Of a stretch of DNA of 64,000 nt, positions 42,091 through 53,610 are shown one piece after another. The DNA is from Escherichia phage ECML-359: sequence record OL631482.1; one strand, written 5' to 3'. Position 1 is the first letter of the stretch, and every line of letters begins with the position of its first letter. The notes under the pieces were generated by a model. It saw nothing but the letters and a program-made list of their open reading frames with translations. It had not been told where the DNA came from and did no database searches. Position numbers and translations under genes: made by a program.

Positions 42091-42380
42091 AACAAAAAGT
42101 CCAGCGTATTAGTTTTCTGTGTACGAGACATACTCGGACGAAGCAGGTTATCATCATAGGCTTCGTTCATAATCTTATCAATGATTCCCGCAGGAATGTA
42201 TCGCGCAAAATTACCTTCAGGAATTCCACGTTCTTCCAACCAGGCAGTCGCAGCTTCCAGATAAGACATTTCAGTTGACTCAACCATGGCTTCAATATCA
42301 AGCCCGTTTTGCTGCTTACTAATCGCCCCGGAAGGCGATTCAGTTTTCTGTGTATCAAAATTAACTAAAGAGGACATCAT
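42087..42380 (-). CDS. 33: gp33 late-transcription co-activator
   Basis: Position between gene 59 and dsbA. Start is ambiguous (Met23 or Met32); Met32 was chosen. Confidence 0.55.
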   Translation of the reverse strand: MMSSLVNFDTQKTESPSGAISKQQNGLDIEAMVESTEMSYLEAATAWLEERGIPEGNFARYIPAGIIDKIMNEAYDDNLLRPSMSRTQKTNTLDFLL

Positions 42381-42630
42381 AGAGCTCCACAGCTTCGGTT
42401 TTTTCATCTTCAAAACGTTCACGAGTGCCTTTATGATACAGGCCGAGCTGTGTATTGAACATCTTACCGTCAACGCCTAATTCAGTTTTTGCCTTATCTT
42501 TAAGGTCTTTAATTTCGTCTGCATATGCTTCCATTTTTAATTTGGTATCGGAAGCAGCTTTAATCAGCTTGGCTAGCTCAGCACCATGAGTATCAGGACA
42601 AAATTCAACTTTCACTTTTTTCTCTTTCAT
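42361..42630 (-). CDS. dsbA: DsbA double-stranded DNA-binding protein
   Basis: 89 aa, same length as T4 DsbA, in the expected position. Confidence 0.6.
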   Translation of the reverse strand: MKEKKVKVEFCPDTHGAELAKLIKAASDTKLKMEAYADEIKDLKDKAKTELGVDGKMFNTQLGLYHKGTRERFEDEKTEAVELYDVLFS

Positions 42631-42638
42631 AATATACC

Positions 42639-43583
42639 TTAATAAAATTCAGCAATGTTTGCAGTTAGTTTAGACAGACCAGACTTAACAAAGTAAGGAT
42701 AAACTTTACTTTTGGCTGGGATAACGTAGTTATTATATCGTTCTAAGATTGAAGCAGATATTTCCGTTGGGATAAAGTCCATATCAATCAACAATTGGTT
42801 TTCACAGAATCTATTATATTGCTCTTCTGTTAAAAGCGTTTTCAGCACGTCATGGTCGTAATAGTTGAGTGCAATTTGTTCAAGCTCAGCTGCGCGGGTC
42901 GGCGGAGTACGTTCACCTTCTTCACGAGTGTAATAAAAATCACCGCGAACCTTGATGCTTGACACGTTATCTTTTTTGTCACCTTTAACAACCTTTGTCA
43001 CGCAATCCATAAGAGCATCGCCTGATTTAGTTTTGACATATTTTTTCTGCATCGGTGACCATTGTTTCACCCCAGGGAATTTATGTAACTGGGTAAAGTC
43101 GCCATCCGAAGAAACAATCATAACCGGATGCCCGAGACCAGTGAGCAATTTCGTTAATACTGCAATATGGTCGTCAGCCTCAATTTTATCCATATTCATC
43201 ACGATGTAAGGCATATGTTTTTCCATTTCATCAATGATAATGTGCATGGCAGCATGTAGGCCTTCCCAATCAAATTGTGACTCTTCACGAGCTTTTGCAC
43301 GGTTTTTCTTATAATAATAAGATTTCGTGCGTCGCCAATAACCATTCTTCGAATTATCAACACAAATAATCGGAATCGTATAACCGAGCTTCTTGAACTG
43401 CACAATATTTTTTCGGATGGAGTTCAGAACCAAGTGTCTGGTCATTGCAGTTGTTACTTTCGGAAAGCCTGCGTCTTTGCCGAATTCCTGGAAGGCAGCA
43501 GCCATGATAAGCTGACTAAAATCGAGTAACTGAAAACCTTCTTTTTGACGGTCTTCTTCAGGGAGTAAAAAATCTAAATTCAT
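42639..43583 (-). CDS. rnh: RNase H / 5'-3' flap exonuclease
   Basis: 314 aa, similar to T4 RNase H (...EADDHIAVL...SSDGDFTQLHK...KQWSPM...). Confidence 0.9.
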   Translation of the reverse strand: MNLDFLLPEEDRQKEGFQLLDFSQLIMAAAFQEFGKDAGFPKVTTAMTRHLVLNSIRKNIVQFKKLGYTIPIICVDNSKNGYWRRTKSYYYKKNRAKAREESQFDWEGLHAAMHIIIDEMEKHMPYIVMNMDKIEADDHIAVLTKLLTGLGHPVMIVSSDGDFTQLHKFPGVKQWSPMQKKYVKTKSGDALMDCVTKVVKGDKKDNVSSIKVRGDFYYTREEGERTPPTRAAELEQIALNYYDHDVLKTLLTEEQYNRFCENQLLIDMDFIPTEISASILERYNNYVIPAKSKVYPYFVKSGLSKLTANIAEFY

Positions 43584-43640
43584 ATGAACCTCTGTTCAAT
43601 TAATTGACTCGATTATATTAGCATAAAAATTTTAAAGCAA

Positions 43641-43648
43641 TATAAATA
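43641..43648 (+). promoter_or_regulatory. late promoter TATAAATA for gene 34
   Basis: TATAAATA about 31 nt upstream of the gene 34 ATG. Confidence 0.6.
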
Positions 43649-43678
43649 CACATATACCAATCAATAAGGATAAAGCAC

Positions 43679-46600
43679 ATGGCCGATATTTTAAAACCAG
43701 CATTCAGAGCAACATCCGGTCTCGATGCTGCTGGTGAGAAAGTCATTAATGTCGCAAAAGCTGATTACTCAGTTTTATCAGACGGCGTTAACGTAGGTTT
43801 CTTTATAGAAGAAAACACAGTTCAACAATATGATGCAACACGCGGATACAAAAAGAACTTTGCAGTTATTAATGATAACCGTATTTGGGTTGCTCAACGT
43901 GATATTCCGGCACCAGCTGGAGCATTTACCCCTCAGTATTGGTTAGCAACTCGTACTGACCCGAAATGGGAAACTGTTGCATCTCCAACTCGTCAGCTTA
44001 GCTCCGGGGAATTTATCGCAGTCGACTCAGCTGCAAGCTTTACCACATTTACATTGCCTCCGAACCCGACTGATGGTGATACCATCGTTATTAAAGATAT
44101 CGGCGGTAATACCGGTTATAATGAAATTAAAATCCAGTCAAGCAACGTGCCTGGCCAAGGTAACCAAAAGATTGTTCGCTTTGGTAATCAGTATTCAGAA
44201 GTTTTAATTACCAAACCATTCTCTTATAACATGCTTATCTTTTCAAACCGCTTATGGCAATTTTGGGAAGCAGGTAACGAAGAACGTGGTATCAGAGTAG
44301 AACCGTCGACCGGACGTTTCCATGCACAAGCTGGCGACTTTATTATGCGTCGTTATACAACTGGTGCACCGATTACTTTCATTCTTCCTAAGTATGCAAA
44401 CCAGGGTGATATTGTCAAATCTGTTGATATCGATGGCATGGGGCCAACGTTCCACCTGATGGTTGAAACCTTTGACACCAGTTCCAGTCTTGGTAAAGCT
44501 GGCCAGCATCAAATGGAATTCCGTACCACAGGTGATGGTTTCTTCGTTTATAATGCTGCCGAAAAACTCTGGTATGTTTGGGACGGTGATTTTAAAACTC
44601 GTCTTCGCGTTATTCGCGACAGCGTTAAACTTTTACCAAACGAAAGTGTCATTGTATTTGGCGAAGATAACTCAACTCCAGCAACGATTAATATCGATTT
44701 GCCAACTAATGTTTTGCAAGGCGACATTGTTAAAATTGCATTGAACTATCTCCGTAAATCACAGACTGTTAATATAAGAGCTGCTGTTGGCGATAAGATT
44801 GCAACTGACATTAAATTACTGCAATTCCCTAAACGTTCCGAGTATCCACCAGATACAACTTGGGTGCTGGTTGATTCATTGACCTTTAATGGCAACATCA
44901 GTTATACTCCGGTTATTGAATTATCATATGCAGAAGATACAGTGTCTGGAACAAGTTATTGGGTTGTCGCTCAGAACGTCCCGACTGTCGAACGAGTTGA
45001 CTCATTAAATGATTCCACGCGTGCACGTCTTGGTGTTATTGCTCTGGCAAACCAGACTCAGGCAAACGTTGACCATGAAAATAACCCAGAAAAAGAACTC
45101 GCAATTACCCCTCAGACTTTAGCCAACCGTGTTGCTAAAGAGAACCAACGAGGCATTGCCAGAATCGCAACGACTGCCCAAGTAAATCAGAACAGTGATT
45201 TTGCATTTGTTGATGATGTAATTATTTCTCCGAAAAAACTCAATGAACGTACGGCAACAGAAACGAGACGTGGACTCGCAGAACTCGCCACACAGCAAGA
45301 AACCGATGCGGGTGTAGATGATACCACAATTATAACTCCAAAGAAACTGCAAGCTCGCCAGGGCTCAGAATCGCTATCCGGTATTGTAACTTACGTTTCA
45401 ACGACTGGTGCAACTCCTGCTGCTTCGCGTGAATTAAATGGTACAAACGTTTATAATAAAAATACGGTTAATCTGGTTGTTTCTCCGAAAGCTCTTGACC
45501 AGTACAAAGCTACTTACACTCAACAAGGTGCGGTTATTCTTGCGGTTGAAAGTGAAGTAATCGCTGGTACTTCTCAATCTGGCTGGGCAAACGCAGTCGT
45601 TACTCCAGAAATGTTGCATCGCAAAACTGCTCTTGATTCCCGTATCGGTTTAATCGAGATTGCTACTCAGGTTGAAACAGATGCAGGAACCGATTATACC
45701 AGAGCTGTGACTCCTAAAACGTTAAATGACCGTAAAGCATCAGAAACGTTAACCGGCATAGCCGAGATTGCTACGCAATCAGAATTTGATACTGGAACTG
45801 ATGATACTCGTATCTCAACTCCATTAAAAATTAAAAATAGATTTAATAATACTGCTCGTACTTCTGTTAATGCATTAAGTGGTTTAGTAGAAACAGGGAC
45901 GCTCTGGGACCATTATAGCCTGAATATTCTTGAAGCAAATGAAACTCAACGTGGTACAGCAAGATTAGCGACTCAGGGTGAAGTCAATACAGGCACTGAC
46001 GATAAAACAATCGTTACTCCGCTTAAATTGATGTCGAAAAAAGCCACTGAAAACGCCGAAGGTATTGTTCGCATCGCGACAAACACAGAAGCAACAGCAG
46101 GCACATCAAAAGTCTTGGCCATTAGTCCGTCTGCGCTGAAATATATTGCCCAAACGGAAACAACTTGGGAAGCATCTGAAACACTGCGTGGATTTGTTCG
46201 TTTATCTTCCGGTGCAGCTACTTCGGCCGCAACTACAACGACGGGCGCGGGATTTACATATGAAAATGGTGTGTATACCCCGGACCCAAGTAAACTGGTT
46301 AGCTATGCGAAATCTGGATATGCAGTTTCGCCTTACGAATTAAACCGCATATTGCAAAACTTCTTACCGATAAATGCGATGGCTGTTAATGCTGAAAAAC
46401 TGGATAACCTCGATTCGACCCAGTTTATTCGTCGTGATATTGCTCAGACCGTTGAAGGCGTATTAACCCTTACTAAGCAGACAAATATCTCTGCTCCGGT
46501 TGTATCGACGAGCACTGCGGTGTTTACTGATGTAACGGCTGGTACTTCGACGTTCGGAACTGTGAATGTTGTTAATGGAACTAACAAGTGGAAAATCACT

Positions 46601-47635
46601 GCTCCTTCCACCGGAACGACAATGACTATTGGTGATACGACTAACGTATTGACATTAAACACCGCCTCGGGTAATGCTGCAGTATTGAACAACCTTAGCG
46701 CCGGAAATGATGTTCAAGCCAAAAATAATTACGTTCTAAATGGTCGTACTATCGCAACCACGACGGGTGAAGTTTCTGGTGCAACTTTGTCTCTGGGTGA
46801 TAACTCACAGAATTTAGTGCTCAAAACTCTTGATGCTGGTAATATCATAGCAAATGGTGGCGGTGCATTTAAAGTTCTGACCGAGAAAAACGCAGTAGAA
46901 ATTGTTGATAGAAACTTTGTTAACCAGGCTGGTGATACAATGTCTGGTGTACTCCGTGTGAATGCTCCAGTCCGTGTATTCGGTACGAAACCAAGTCTTA
47001 TCGCACAAGCTCCGACTGCGGATACTGTTGGTTTCTGGTCTGTCGATATCAATGATGAACCGACTTATAGCCAGTTCCCTGGTTATTGGACAATGAAGTT
47101 AAAACGTCAAGTAAACATTGATACGGTTCAAACTAAACCTGCTGGGGTAACTGATGAAGTTTGGAATGCTTCTGGTTGGTTAACTGAAAACGGAACTTTT
47201 GCCTCGCCCGCTATTCGTTATCGTACTGATGATGGTACACTCGGTGATGAAGTATTAGGTAGCTCCGGACAGAAACTGCGCGGAACCTGGTTTGACTATT
47301 CAGTTCGTGATAAACAAATTAAATATCCTGGTACATTGACTCAGTTTGGTAATACGCTGGATTCGTGCTATCAAGATTGGGTTTGTTATCCAACTGGATT
47401 GAACGGTGGTACTATTCGTTATACTCGTACATGGCAGAAAAATAAATCAGCATGGACGACTTTCGCAATGGTTTATACCGCGGATAACCCTCCGTCTGCA
47501 GAGGATGTTGGCGCATTACCGGCTGACAACACAACGATGGGGAACTTAACCATTCTTGATTGGTTGCGTATCGGTAACGTGCGTATCATCCCAGACCCGA
47601 CCACTAAATCCGTTAAGTTTGAATGGATTGAATAA
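43679..47635 (+). CDS. 34: long tail fibre proximal subunit gp34
   Basis: 1318 aa with recurring ~35-aa motifs (E..RG.A.IAT..E...G.DD...I.P..L). Confidence 0.9.
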   Translation: MADILKPAFRATSGLDAAGEKVINVAKADYSVLSDGVNVGFFIEENTVQQYDATRGYKKNFAVINDNRIWVAQRDIPAPAGAFTPQYWLATRTDPKWETVASPTRQLSSGEFIAVDSAASFTTFTLPPNPTDGDTIVIKDIGGNTGYNEIKIQSSNVPGQGNQKIVRFGNQYSEVLITKPFSYNMLIFSNRLWQFWEAGNEERGIRVEPSTGRFHAQAGDFIMRRYTTGAPITFILPKYANQGDIVKSVDIDGMGPTFHLMVETFDTSSSLGKAGQHQMEFRTTGDGFFVYNAAEKLWYVWDGDFKTRLRVIRDSVKLLPNESVIVFGEDNSTPATINIDLPTNVLQGDIVKIALNYLRKSQTVNIRAAVGDKIATDIKLLQFPKRSEYPPDTTWVLVDSLTFNGNISYTPVIELSYAEDTVSGTSYWVVAQNVPTVERVDSLNDSTRARLGVIALANQTQANVDHENNPEKELAITPQTLANRVAKENQRGIARIATTAQVNQNSDFAFVDDVIISPKKLNERTATETRRGLAELATQQETDAGVDDTTIITPKKLQARQGSESLSGIVTYVSTTGATPAASRELNGTNVYNKNTVNLVVSPKALDQYKATYTQQGAVILAVESEVIAGTSQSGWANAVVTPEMLHRKTALDSRIGLIEIATQVETDAGTDYTRAVTPKTLNDRKASETLTGIAEIATQSEFDTGTDDTRISTPLKIKNRFNNTARTSVNALSGLVETGTLWDHYSLNILEANETQRGTARLATQGEVNTGTDDKTIVTPLKLMSKKATENAEGIVRIATNTEATAGTSKVLAISPSALKYIAQTETTWEASETLRGFVRLSSGAATSAATTTTGAGFTYENGVYTPDPSKLVSYAKSGYAVSPYELNRILQNFLPINAMAVNAEKLDNLDSTQFIRRDIAQTVEGVLTLTKQTNISAPVVSTSTAVFTDVTAGTSTFGTVNVVNGTNKWKITAPSTGTTMTIGDTTNVLTLNTASGNAAVLNNLSAGNDVQAKNNYVLNGRTIATTTGEVSGATLSLGDNSQNLVLKTLDAGNIIANGGGAFKVLTEKNAVEIVDRNFVNQAGDTMSGVLRVNAPVRVFGTKPSLIAQAPTADTVGFWSVDINDEPTYSQFPGYWTMKLKRQVNIDTVQTKPAGVTDEVWNASGWLTENGTFASPAIRYRTDDGTLGDEVLGSSGQKLRGTWFDYSVRDKQIKYPGTLTQFGNTLDSCYQDWVCYPTGLNGGTIRYTRTWQKNKSAWTTFAMVYTADNPPSAEDVGALPADNTTMGNLTILDWLRIGNVRIIPDPTTKSVKFEWIE

Positions 47636-47643
47636 GAGGTAAT

Positions 47644-48774
47644 ATGGAAAAATTTATGGCAGAGTTTGGACAAGGATACGTCCAAACGCCAGTTATATCA
47701 GAAAATAATGCCGTTAAATTTAAAATGAGTATAGCAGGGAGCTGTACTCTTTCCACGGTGAAATCGTATATCAAATTTCAGGATGAACGAATTGGACCAA
47801 CTACTTTTGGTAATGGTCTGACTCTATTGGAAATTGATACAACTACGAATAAAATTGTTAACACGAAAAACTATTCATTAACTAGCACACATGATGCAAT
47901 CAGTCAGGCATTAATCACCTTTGTGGAATCTGTTCCAGCCGGAAGATTGATTGCTTTTATTTCTTCAGGGAAACTAAACGCATCACAGCCATTAATTGAT
48001 TGGTTCCGTAAATGTGGTTCAAGAGCATTCCCAGATAAATGGCTGATTGATAAAGTTGATACATCGTACTCGGCTTTTTACATAACCGGCCGGAATGTAA
48101 TTGTTTCGGAGCATGTTAAGTATAATGACGGGAAGTTAGTTGAGGATGTTTCGACTCCGCTTGAAGTCATTTATGATACCTTTAGTGATATAGGAGCAAC
48201 AGGCTATCCTGTACGCATAACGGAAGACGAGAGCACGTATTCATCAACAGGTGATGGAACATCAACCACAATTAAAAGGTTCCCCACAGAGGACCTGGTG
48301 ACTCCTATGGACACCTATAACCTTTTACCTTTGGATGTGCTTTACTTGAAGTTTCAGATGTCATTTGACGCTGCACTGAAAGCTGCGGGGACCGTAAGGA
48401 CTTCGGTTCGATTCTTTAAAAGCCCCAGCACTTCGCCGATATCAAATACAAACATCGATATCGCAGCAAACGTTCCTGCCGGGGCTTGGGCGAGTTTCGA
48501 AAGATATGTCGAGATTCCGCCAGGAGCTGATGGCTTTACAGTAGTAACATCAAGAACTGTAGCTACCGGAACTGGGTCAATACGCAATATTGTTATTGGT
48601 GAGATAACCAGAGGTGACTCTGCGTTCAAACCGGCTGAATTTGGTGTCAACGGCATAAGGATGTCATATGCAAACGATGCAACAAATACAGGCAATACAA
48701 TTGTAACATTCCCGGATGCGCAAGCTCCAAGAGCCGGCAAGATATACGCAGCCGAACTACGAGAAAAACAATAG
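47644..48774 (+). CDS. 35: long tail fibre hinge connector gp35
   Basis: 376 aa (T4 gp35 is 372 aa). Confidence 0.8.
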   Translation: MEKFMAEFGQGYVQTPVISENNAVKFKMSIAGSCTLSTVKSYIKFQDERIGPTTFGNGLTLLEIDTTTNKIVNTKNYSLTSTHDAISQALITFVESVPAGRLIAFISSGKLNASQPLIDWFRKCGSRAFPDKWLIDKVDTSYSAFYITGRNVIVSEHVKYNDGKLVEDVSTPLEVIYDTFSDIGATGYPVRITEDESTYSSTGDGTSTTIKRFPTEDLVTPMDTYNLLPLDVLYLKFQMSFDAALKAAGTVRTSVRFFKSPSTSPISNTNIDIAANVPAGAWASFERYVEIPPGADGFTVVTSRTVATGTGSIRNIVIGEITRGDSAFKPAEFGVNGIRMSYANDATNTGNTIVTFPDAQAPRAGKIYAAELREKQ

Positions 48775-48796
48775 GACTCTTCGGAGTCCTTTTTTC
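48773..48796 (+). terminator. rho-independent terminator after gene 35
   Basis: AGGACTC-ttcg-GAGTCCT hairpin followed by TTTTTT. Confidence 0.6.
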
Positions 48797-48798
48797 GT

Positions 48799-48806
48799 TA
48801 TAAATA
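48799..48806 (+). promoter_or_regulatory. late promoter TATAAATA for gene 36
   Basis: TATAAATA about 36 nt upstream of the gene 36 ATG. Confidence 0.6.
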
Positions 48807-48841
48807 CAAAATATCATATGCCGGTTGAAGAGGACTTATAA

Positions 48842-49489
48842 ATGGCAGATTTAAAACTAGGCTCAACAGCCGGAGGTTCGGTCCTCTGGCACCAGGGTAA
48901 TTTCCCATTAACACCAGTCAGTAATGACTTATATTTCAAAACTTATAAAATTTATTCCGAATATAACAAGCCACAAGCAGTCGATAACGATTTTGTTTCT
49001 AAAGCTCTGGGTGGTAATTATAAAGCAAATGTGTATTTCGAACAGGGTCTGACATTTAACGATTCAAATGGTTACGGGATTAAGTTAGGAGCAAGAACAG
49101 GCGGAACACCATTTACAGCATCTTTCCGTATTAAAGGACCATTCGGATTTGAGACTGAAACGGGAACACCATTTGTTATTTTTGACCCTGATACTACGAC
49201 AGGAGCAAAACGTCTTACTGTTATGGGTGATACGTTAGCTCGACAAATTTATGATGAAACAGGTCGTGTATTTTCTCCAGGGAATACTCCGTCAAAAGCT
49301 CAAGTTGGTCTTGGTAATGTAACTAACCAGCAACAGGTAGAACTAAATAATAGTACATTGCAAACAATGACAGGTAACTTGTCAGCACCTAATTTCTTCT
49401 CTAGGAACCCAGCATCAGACCCGGCCCATGTGCCTCGTTTTGACCAAATCGTTCTTAAAGACTCCGTACAAGATTTTGGATATTATTAA
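48842..49489 (+). CDS. 36: long tail fibre distal connector gp36
   Basis: 215 aa (T4 gp36 is 221 aa). Confidence 0.8.
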   Translation: MADLKLGSTAGGSVLWHQGNFPLTPVSNDLYFKTYKIYSEYNKPQAVDNDFVSKALGGNYKANVYFEQGLTFNDSNGYGIKLGARTGGTPFTASFRIKGPFGFETETGTPFVIFDPDTTTGAKRLTVMGDTLARQIYDETGRVFSPGNTPSKAQVGLGNVTNQQQVELNNSTLQTMTGNLSAPNFFSRNPASDPAHVPRFDQIVLKDSVQDFGYY

Positions 49490-49497
49490 GAGGCATT

Positions 49498-52400
49498 ATG
49501 GCTACTTTAAAACAAATACAATTTAAAAGAAGTAAGGTTGCCGGCGTTCGTCCGGCGCCAACAGTTCTTGCTGAAGGTGAACTGGCTATCAACCTGAAAG
49601 ACCGCTTACTTTTTACTAAAGATGACACCGGCGCCATTATCGACCTTGGTTTTGCCAAAGGCGGTAATATTGATGGTAATGTTATTCATAACGGTAATTA
49701 CAATCAAACTGGTGATTATACCCTGAATGGTACTTTTACCCAAACTGGTGATTTTAATTTAACCGGCATTGCTCGTGTAACTCGCGATATTATTGCCGCG
49801 GGTCAGATAATGACTGAAGGTGGTGAACTTATTTCTAAGAGTGCATCGACTTCGCATCTTCGTTTTTTTGATGGTGCATCACGCGAACGCGGTATTATCT
49901 TTTCTCCTAACAATGCGGGTTTGACAACTCAGGTAGTTAATATACGAGTGCAAGATTATGCCGCTGGTAGCGAAAGCACTTACGCGTTTTCAGGCAATGG
50001 TCAATTTACTTCACCTGAAGTATCAGCATGGAAATCTATTTCATCCCCACAAATTCTGACTGATAAAGTTATTACAAATGGTAAGAAAGCTGGTGATTAT
50101 GATATCTATTCATTAGCAAATAATAATTCTAACACAGATAAAAATAATTTACGTGTTGTGCGTACTGATGCAGCCGCCGCAATGCTCCATGAAATTTGTG
50201 AAAATAACGGTATCAGTTGGTATTCTGGTTCAACCCCTACTGATTATATGTTATCTTTTGCTTATTCAGGTGGTTTTCAAGCTGGACATTCGATTGCAGT
50301 GGGTATGGAATCAGGGCCTATGACATATTCAGCCTTAGGTAAGGGTTCTATTGCTCTTGGTGATAATGACACCGGGTTAAAATGGTACCAAGATGGTTAT
50401 TTCTATGCAGTAAACAATGGTACGAGAACTTTCCTTTACAGCCCTGAATCAACTGTAAGCCTTAGAAAAATGGTCATGGGTTATTCTGTAAACGGTAACG
50501 ATTTAACTACGCCGCCGACAGAAAACTATGCGCTTGGTACCGTTGTTACTTATCATGATAATAATGCCTTCGGTGATGGACAAACTCTTTTAGGATATTA
50601 TCAAGGTGGAGCATATCACCACTATTTTCGTGGTAAAGGCACTACAAACATTAACACCACGGGTGGTTTGTTGGTTACTCCGGGTAATATCGATGTGATT
50701 GGCGGTTTAATTAATATCGACGGCCGCAGTAATGCTTCAACCTTACTGTTTAGTAGCTATACGTCTGGTCAAAGCTCTGTCGATAATATGAATATACGCG
50801 TTTGGGGCGATACTTTTACCACTGTAGACGGTACTCGCAAAAACGTAATGGAAATATCTGATGCTACTAGCTGGATGCAATATATTCAACGAACAACTGC
50901 TGGTAAAGTCGAATCGGTTCTAAATGGCTCCCAGATTGTTAATGAAAACCTGACCGTAGTAAAAAATGCTACATTTGATGGTACAATCAGCGCACATGGT
51001 GAAATTGCAGGTAATGCTGTTAATGCCCTTAGAATTTGGAACGACGATTACGGTGCTATTTTCCGTCGCTCAGAAGGAAGTCTTCATATTATTCCTACAG
51101 CGTTTGGTGAAGGACAGGGCGGTGATATCGGTCCACTTCGCCCATTTAGTATGGCTTTAGATACTGGTAAAGTTACTATTCCAGATTTACAATCAAGTTA
51201 CAATACGTTCGCAGCAAACGGCTATATTAAATTTGTTGGTCATGGGGCTGGTGCAGGCGGTTACGATATTCAATATGCACAAGCAGCTCCTATTTTCCAA
51301 GAAATTGATGATGCCGCAGTAAGTAAATATTATCCTATTGTTAAGCAGAAATTCTTACAAGGAAAAGCTGTTTGGTCTTTAGGTACTGAAATTAATTCCG
51401 GGACTTTTGTTTTACACCATCTTAAAGAAGACGGGACCGAAGGACATACCTCAAGATTTAATGCCGATGGTACAGTTAACTTCCCCGATAACGTGCAGGT
51501 TGGTGGTGGTGAAGCTACTATTGCCCGAAATGGTAATATCTGGTCCGATATTTGGAAAACGTTTACTTCAGCAGGCGATGTAACTAATATTCGCGATGCC
51601 ATTGCTACTCGTGTTGCTAAAGAAGGCGATACAATGACAGGCAAGCTGACAATAGAAGCCCCTGGTGATGCTTTAGTATTAAGAACAACTACAGGTAATA
51701 GTTCACATATCCGTTCTGATGTAAATGGTACCGGCAACTGGTATGTCGGTAAAGGTGGCAGCGATAATGGAATAGGCCTTTACAGCTATGCTACTAACTG
51801 TGGCCTGTATATCACCAATAACGGTGAATTCAACGTAGACCTTTCTGGTGCTGGTCTGGCAATGCAAATGAATTATTATCGCATGTATGTTAACGGTCGA
51901 GCATGGGTTAATACTCAAGGTCATGGTTACGGAAACCAATGGCAAACAGAAGCTCCTTATTTCGTTGACTTTGGTGAATCCGTTCCTAAAGATAGTTATA
52001 TGCCAATTATCAAAGGAAAAAGCACTCTAGCTACTGAAGGATATTCTACTAAAGCAGACTTCGGTATTATTCGATTAGGTGGAGCGGCTACCTGGGGTTC
52101 TGCTGTTATTCGTGTGGGTTCTGCTGAAAGCGGCGATGCAAGCCATCCTAATGCGATATACGTTTTTGGCGCCGACGGCACCTTAACCGCCCCTAATGCT
52201 TTGAATGCTGCGTCTCGAATGGGCATTGGTACATCATGTTCATTACCAAATGCTTCTATTGCTATTGGCGATAACGATACAGGTCTTGCTACTAGAGGTG
52301 ATGGTAGTCTAGGCGCGTATGCTAATGCGCAGAGTGTATTTTTCTGGGAAGCTGGCGGTATTACGACCGAGCAAAATAAGTTTCTAAACGTTAACGCCGG

Positions 52401-52764
52401 TATGTATGTTCGTGACAACATCGATGTTAACGACGTTTATATCCGTTCTGATATTCGCTGTAAGTCAGAAATTAAGCTTATAGAAAATGCCCAAGAGAAA
52501 TCTAAACTCTTAGGCGGTTATACTTATCTGCTTAAAAACTCTGTCACAGATGAAGTTAAACCGTCTGCTGGTTTAATTGCTCAGGAAGTTCAAGAAGTAT
52601 TGCCTGAACTTGTGACTGAAGATAAAGAGACCGGCTTACTTCGTTTAAACTATAACGGTATTATCGGTTTAAATACTGCTACTATCAACGAGCATACTGA
52701 CGAAATCAAGGAATTGAAATCTGAAATTGCTGAGTTGAAAGCATTAATTAAATCATTATTATAA
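49498..52764 (+). CDS. 37: long tail fibre distal subunit gp37 with C-terminal intramolecular-chaperone-like domain
   Basis: 1088 aa. C-terminus carries the SDxRxK-type motif ([13 protein letters not shown]) followed by a coiled-coil tail, typical of self-cleaving tail-fibre chaperone domains. Confidence 0.85.
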   Translation: MATLKQIQFKRSKVAGVRPAPTVLAEGELAINLKDRLLFTKDDTGAIIDLGFAKGGNIDGNVIHNGNYNQTGDYTLNGTFTQTGDFNLTGIARVTRDIIAAGQIMTEGGELISKSASTSHLRFFDGASRERGIIFSPNNAGLTTQVVNIRVQDYAAGSESTYAFSGNGQFTSPEVSAWKSISSPQILTDKVITNGKKAGDYDIYSLANNNSNTDKNNLRVVRTDAAAAMLHEICENNGISWYSGSTPTDYMLSFAYSGGFQAGHSIAVGMESGPMTYSALGKGSIALGDNDTGLKWYQDGYFYAVNNGTRTFLYSPESTVSLRKMVMGYSVNGNDLTTPPTENYALGTVVTYHDNNAFGDGQTLLGYYQGGAYHHYFRGKGTTNINTTGGLLVTPGNIDVIGGLINIDGRSNASTLLFSSYTSGQSSVDNMNIRVWGDTFTTVDGTRKNVMEISDATSWMQYIQRTTAGKVESVLNGSQIVNENLTVVKNATFDGTISAHGEIAGNAVNALRIWNDDYGAIFRRSEGSLHIIPTAFGEGQGGDIGPLRPFSMALDTGKVTIPDLQSSYNTFAANGYIKFVGHGAGAGGYDIQYAQAAPIFQEIDDAAVSKYYPIVKQKFLQGKAVWSLGTEINSGTFVLHHLKEDGTEGHTSRFNADGTVNFPDNVQVGGGEATIARNGNIWSDIWKTFTSAGDVTNIRDAIATRVAKEGDTMTGKLTIEAPGDALVLRTTTGNSSHIRSDVNGTGNWYVGKGGSDNGIGLYSYATNCGLYITNNGEFNVDLSGAGLAMQMNYYRMYVNGRAWVNTQGHGYGNQWQTEAPYFVDFGESVPKDSYMPIIKGKSTLATEGYSTKADFGIIRLGGAATWGSAVIRVGSAESGDASHPNAIYVFGADGTLTAPNALNAASRMGIGTSCSLPNASIAIGDNDTGLATRGDGSLGAYANAQSVFFWEAGGITTEQNKFLNVNAGMYVRDNIDVNDVYIRSDIRCKSEIKLIENAQEKSKLLGGYTYLLKNSVTDEVKPSAGLIAQEVQEVLPELVTEDKETGLLRLNYNGIIGLNTATINEHTDEIKELKSEIAELKALIKSLL

Positions 52765-52793
52765 GAAAGGGCCTTCGGGCCCTGGAGGTTTTT

Positions 52794-53573
52794 ATGGCAG
52801 TAGTAGGAATTCCTGGTTGGATTGGAACATCAGCAGTGGCTGAAACAGGCCAGCGATGGATGTCTGCAGCGGCTGGACAGTTAAGATTGGGACTACCGGT
52901 ATCAATGTCGCAATTTGCTGGTCGGTCCCGTGAGATTATTCACACACTTGGTGCGGACCACAACTTTAACGGGCAATGGTTTAGAGACCGTTGCTTTGAA
53001 GCCGGCGGTGCTCCTATAGTGTTTAATATCACAGGCAACTTAGTATCATATACTAAAGATGTTCCGTTGTTCTTTATGTACGGTGATACCCCTAACGAAT
53101 ATGTTACTTTGAATATTCATGGTGGTGTTCATATGTGGGGCCGAGGTGGCAACGGTACAGTAAATGGAAGCCCGGGCACTAATGGTGGTGACGTAATCCA
53201 AAATGATATTGGTGGACGACTTCGCATTTGGAATTATGGTGTGATAGCCTCCGGTGGTGGTGGCGGCGGTGCCGCATCATTACAGAATAGTTGGCCTGCA
53301 AATGCTACAGCAGGTGGCGGTGGCGGCAGACCATTTGGTCTCGGCGGCGGTGGTGTTAATTGGCCAGGCGGCAATGCTAGTTATGATGGTCCAGGTGGCG
53401 GTGGTAATGCAAGCCAATTTGGCGGTGGCAATGGCGGTGATGCTGGAGGCGCTGGTGGCGCTGGATGGGGTAATAACTTATCCAGGTCGGGTGGTGGTGC
53501 TCCTGGTAGAGCAGTATTCGGTTCCTCCCCATCATGGGGCGCGACAGGCACTATCTACGGCTCATGGTTATAG
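52794..53573 (+). CDS. 38: gp38 tail-fibre adhesin, T2/K3 type with glycine-rich motifs
   Basis: 259 aa. Conserved N-terminal region followed by poly-Gly motifs ([50 protein letters not shown]) separated by short variable segments. Confidence 0.8.
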   Translation: MAVVGIPGWIGTSAVAETGQRWMSAAAGQLRLGLPVSMSQFAGRSREIIHTLGADHNFNGQWFRDRCFEAGGAPIVFNITGNLVSYTKDVPLFFMYGDTPNEYVTLNIHGGVHMWGRGGNGTVNGSPGTNGGDVIQNDIGGRLRIWNYGVIASGGGGGGAASLQNSWPANATAGGGGGRPFGLGGGGVNWPGGNASYDGPGGGGNASQFGGGNGGDAGGAGGAGWGNNLSRSGGGAPGRAVFGSSPSWGATGTIYGSWL

Positions 53574-53584
53574 TACATAAGCGC

Positions 53585-53592
53585 TATAAATA
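53585..53592 (+). promoter_or_regulatory. late promoter TATAAATA for holin gene t
   Basis: TATAAATA followed by AAGGAG and the ATG. Confidence 0.6.
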
Positions 53593-53610
53593 TCTTTAAA
53601 GGAGAAAAGT

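Noticed and set aside
52768-52790. GGGCC-ttcg-GGCCC hairpin after gene 37 as a terminator
   Set aside because: It is followed immediately by GGAGG and the gp38 ATG with no T-run, so genes 37 and 38 are probably co-transcribed.
43679-53573. Internal repeats in gp34 and the poly-G tracts of gp38 as CRISPR-like or mobile repeat arrays
   Set aside because: The repeats are in-frame coding motifs of tail-fibre proteins, irregular in length and spacing; no CRISPR array or insertion-sequence features are present.
53254-53580. 108-aa plus-strand ORF in an alternative frame within gp38
   Set aside because: An artefact of the GC-rich poly-Gly coding stretch; the gp38 frame has the conserved adhesin N-terminus and an SD plus ATG.
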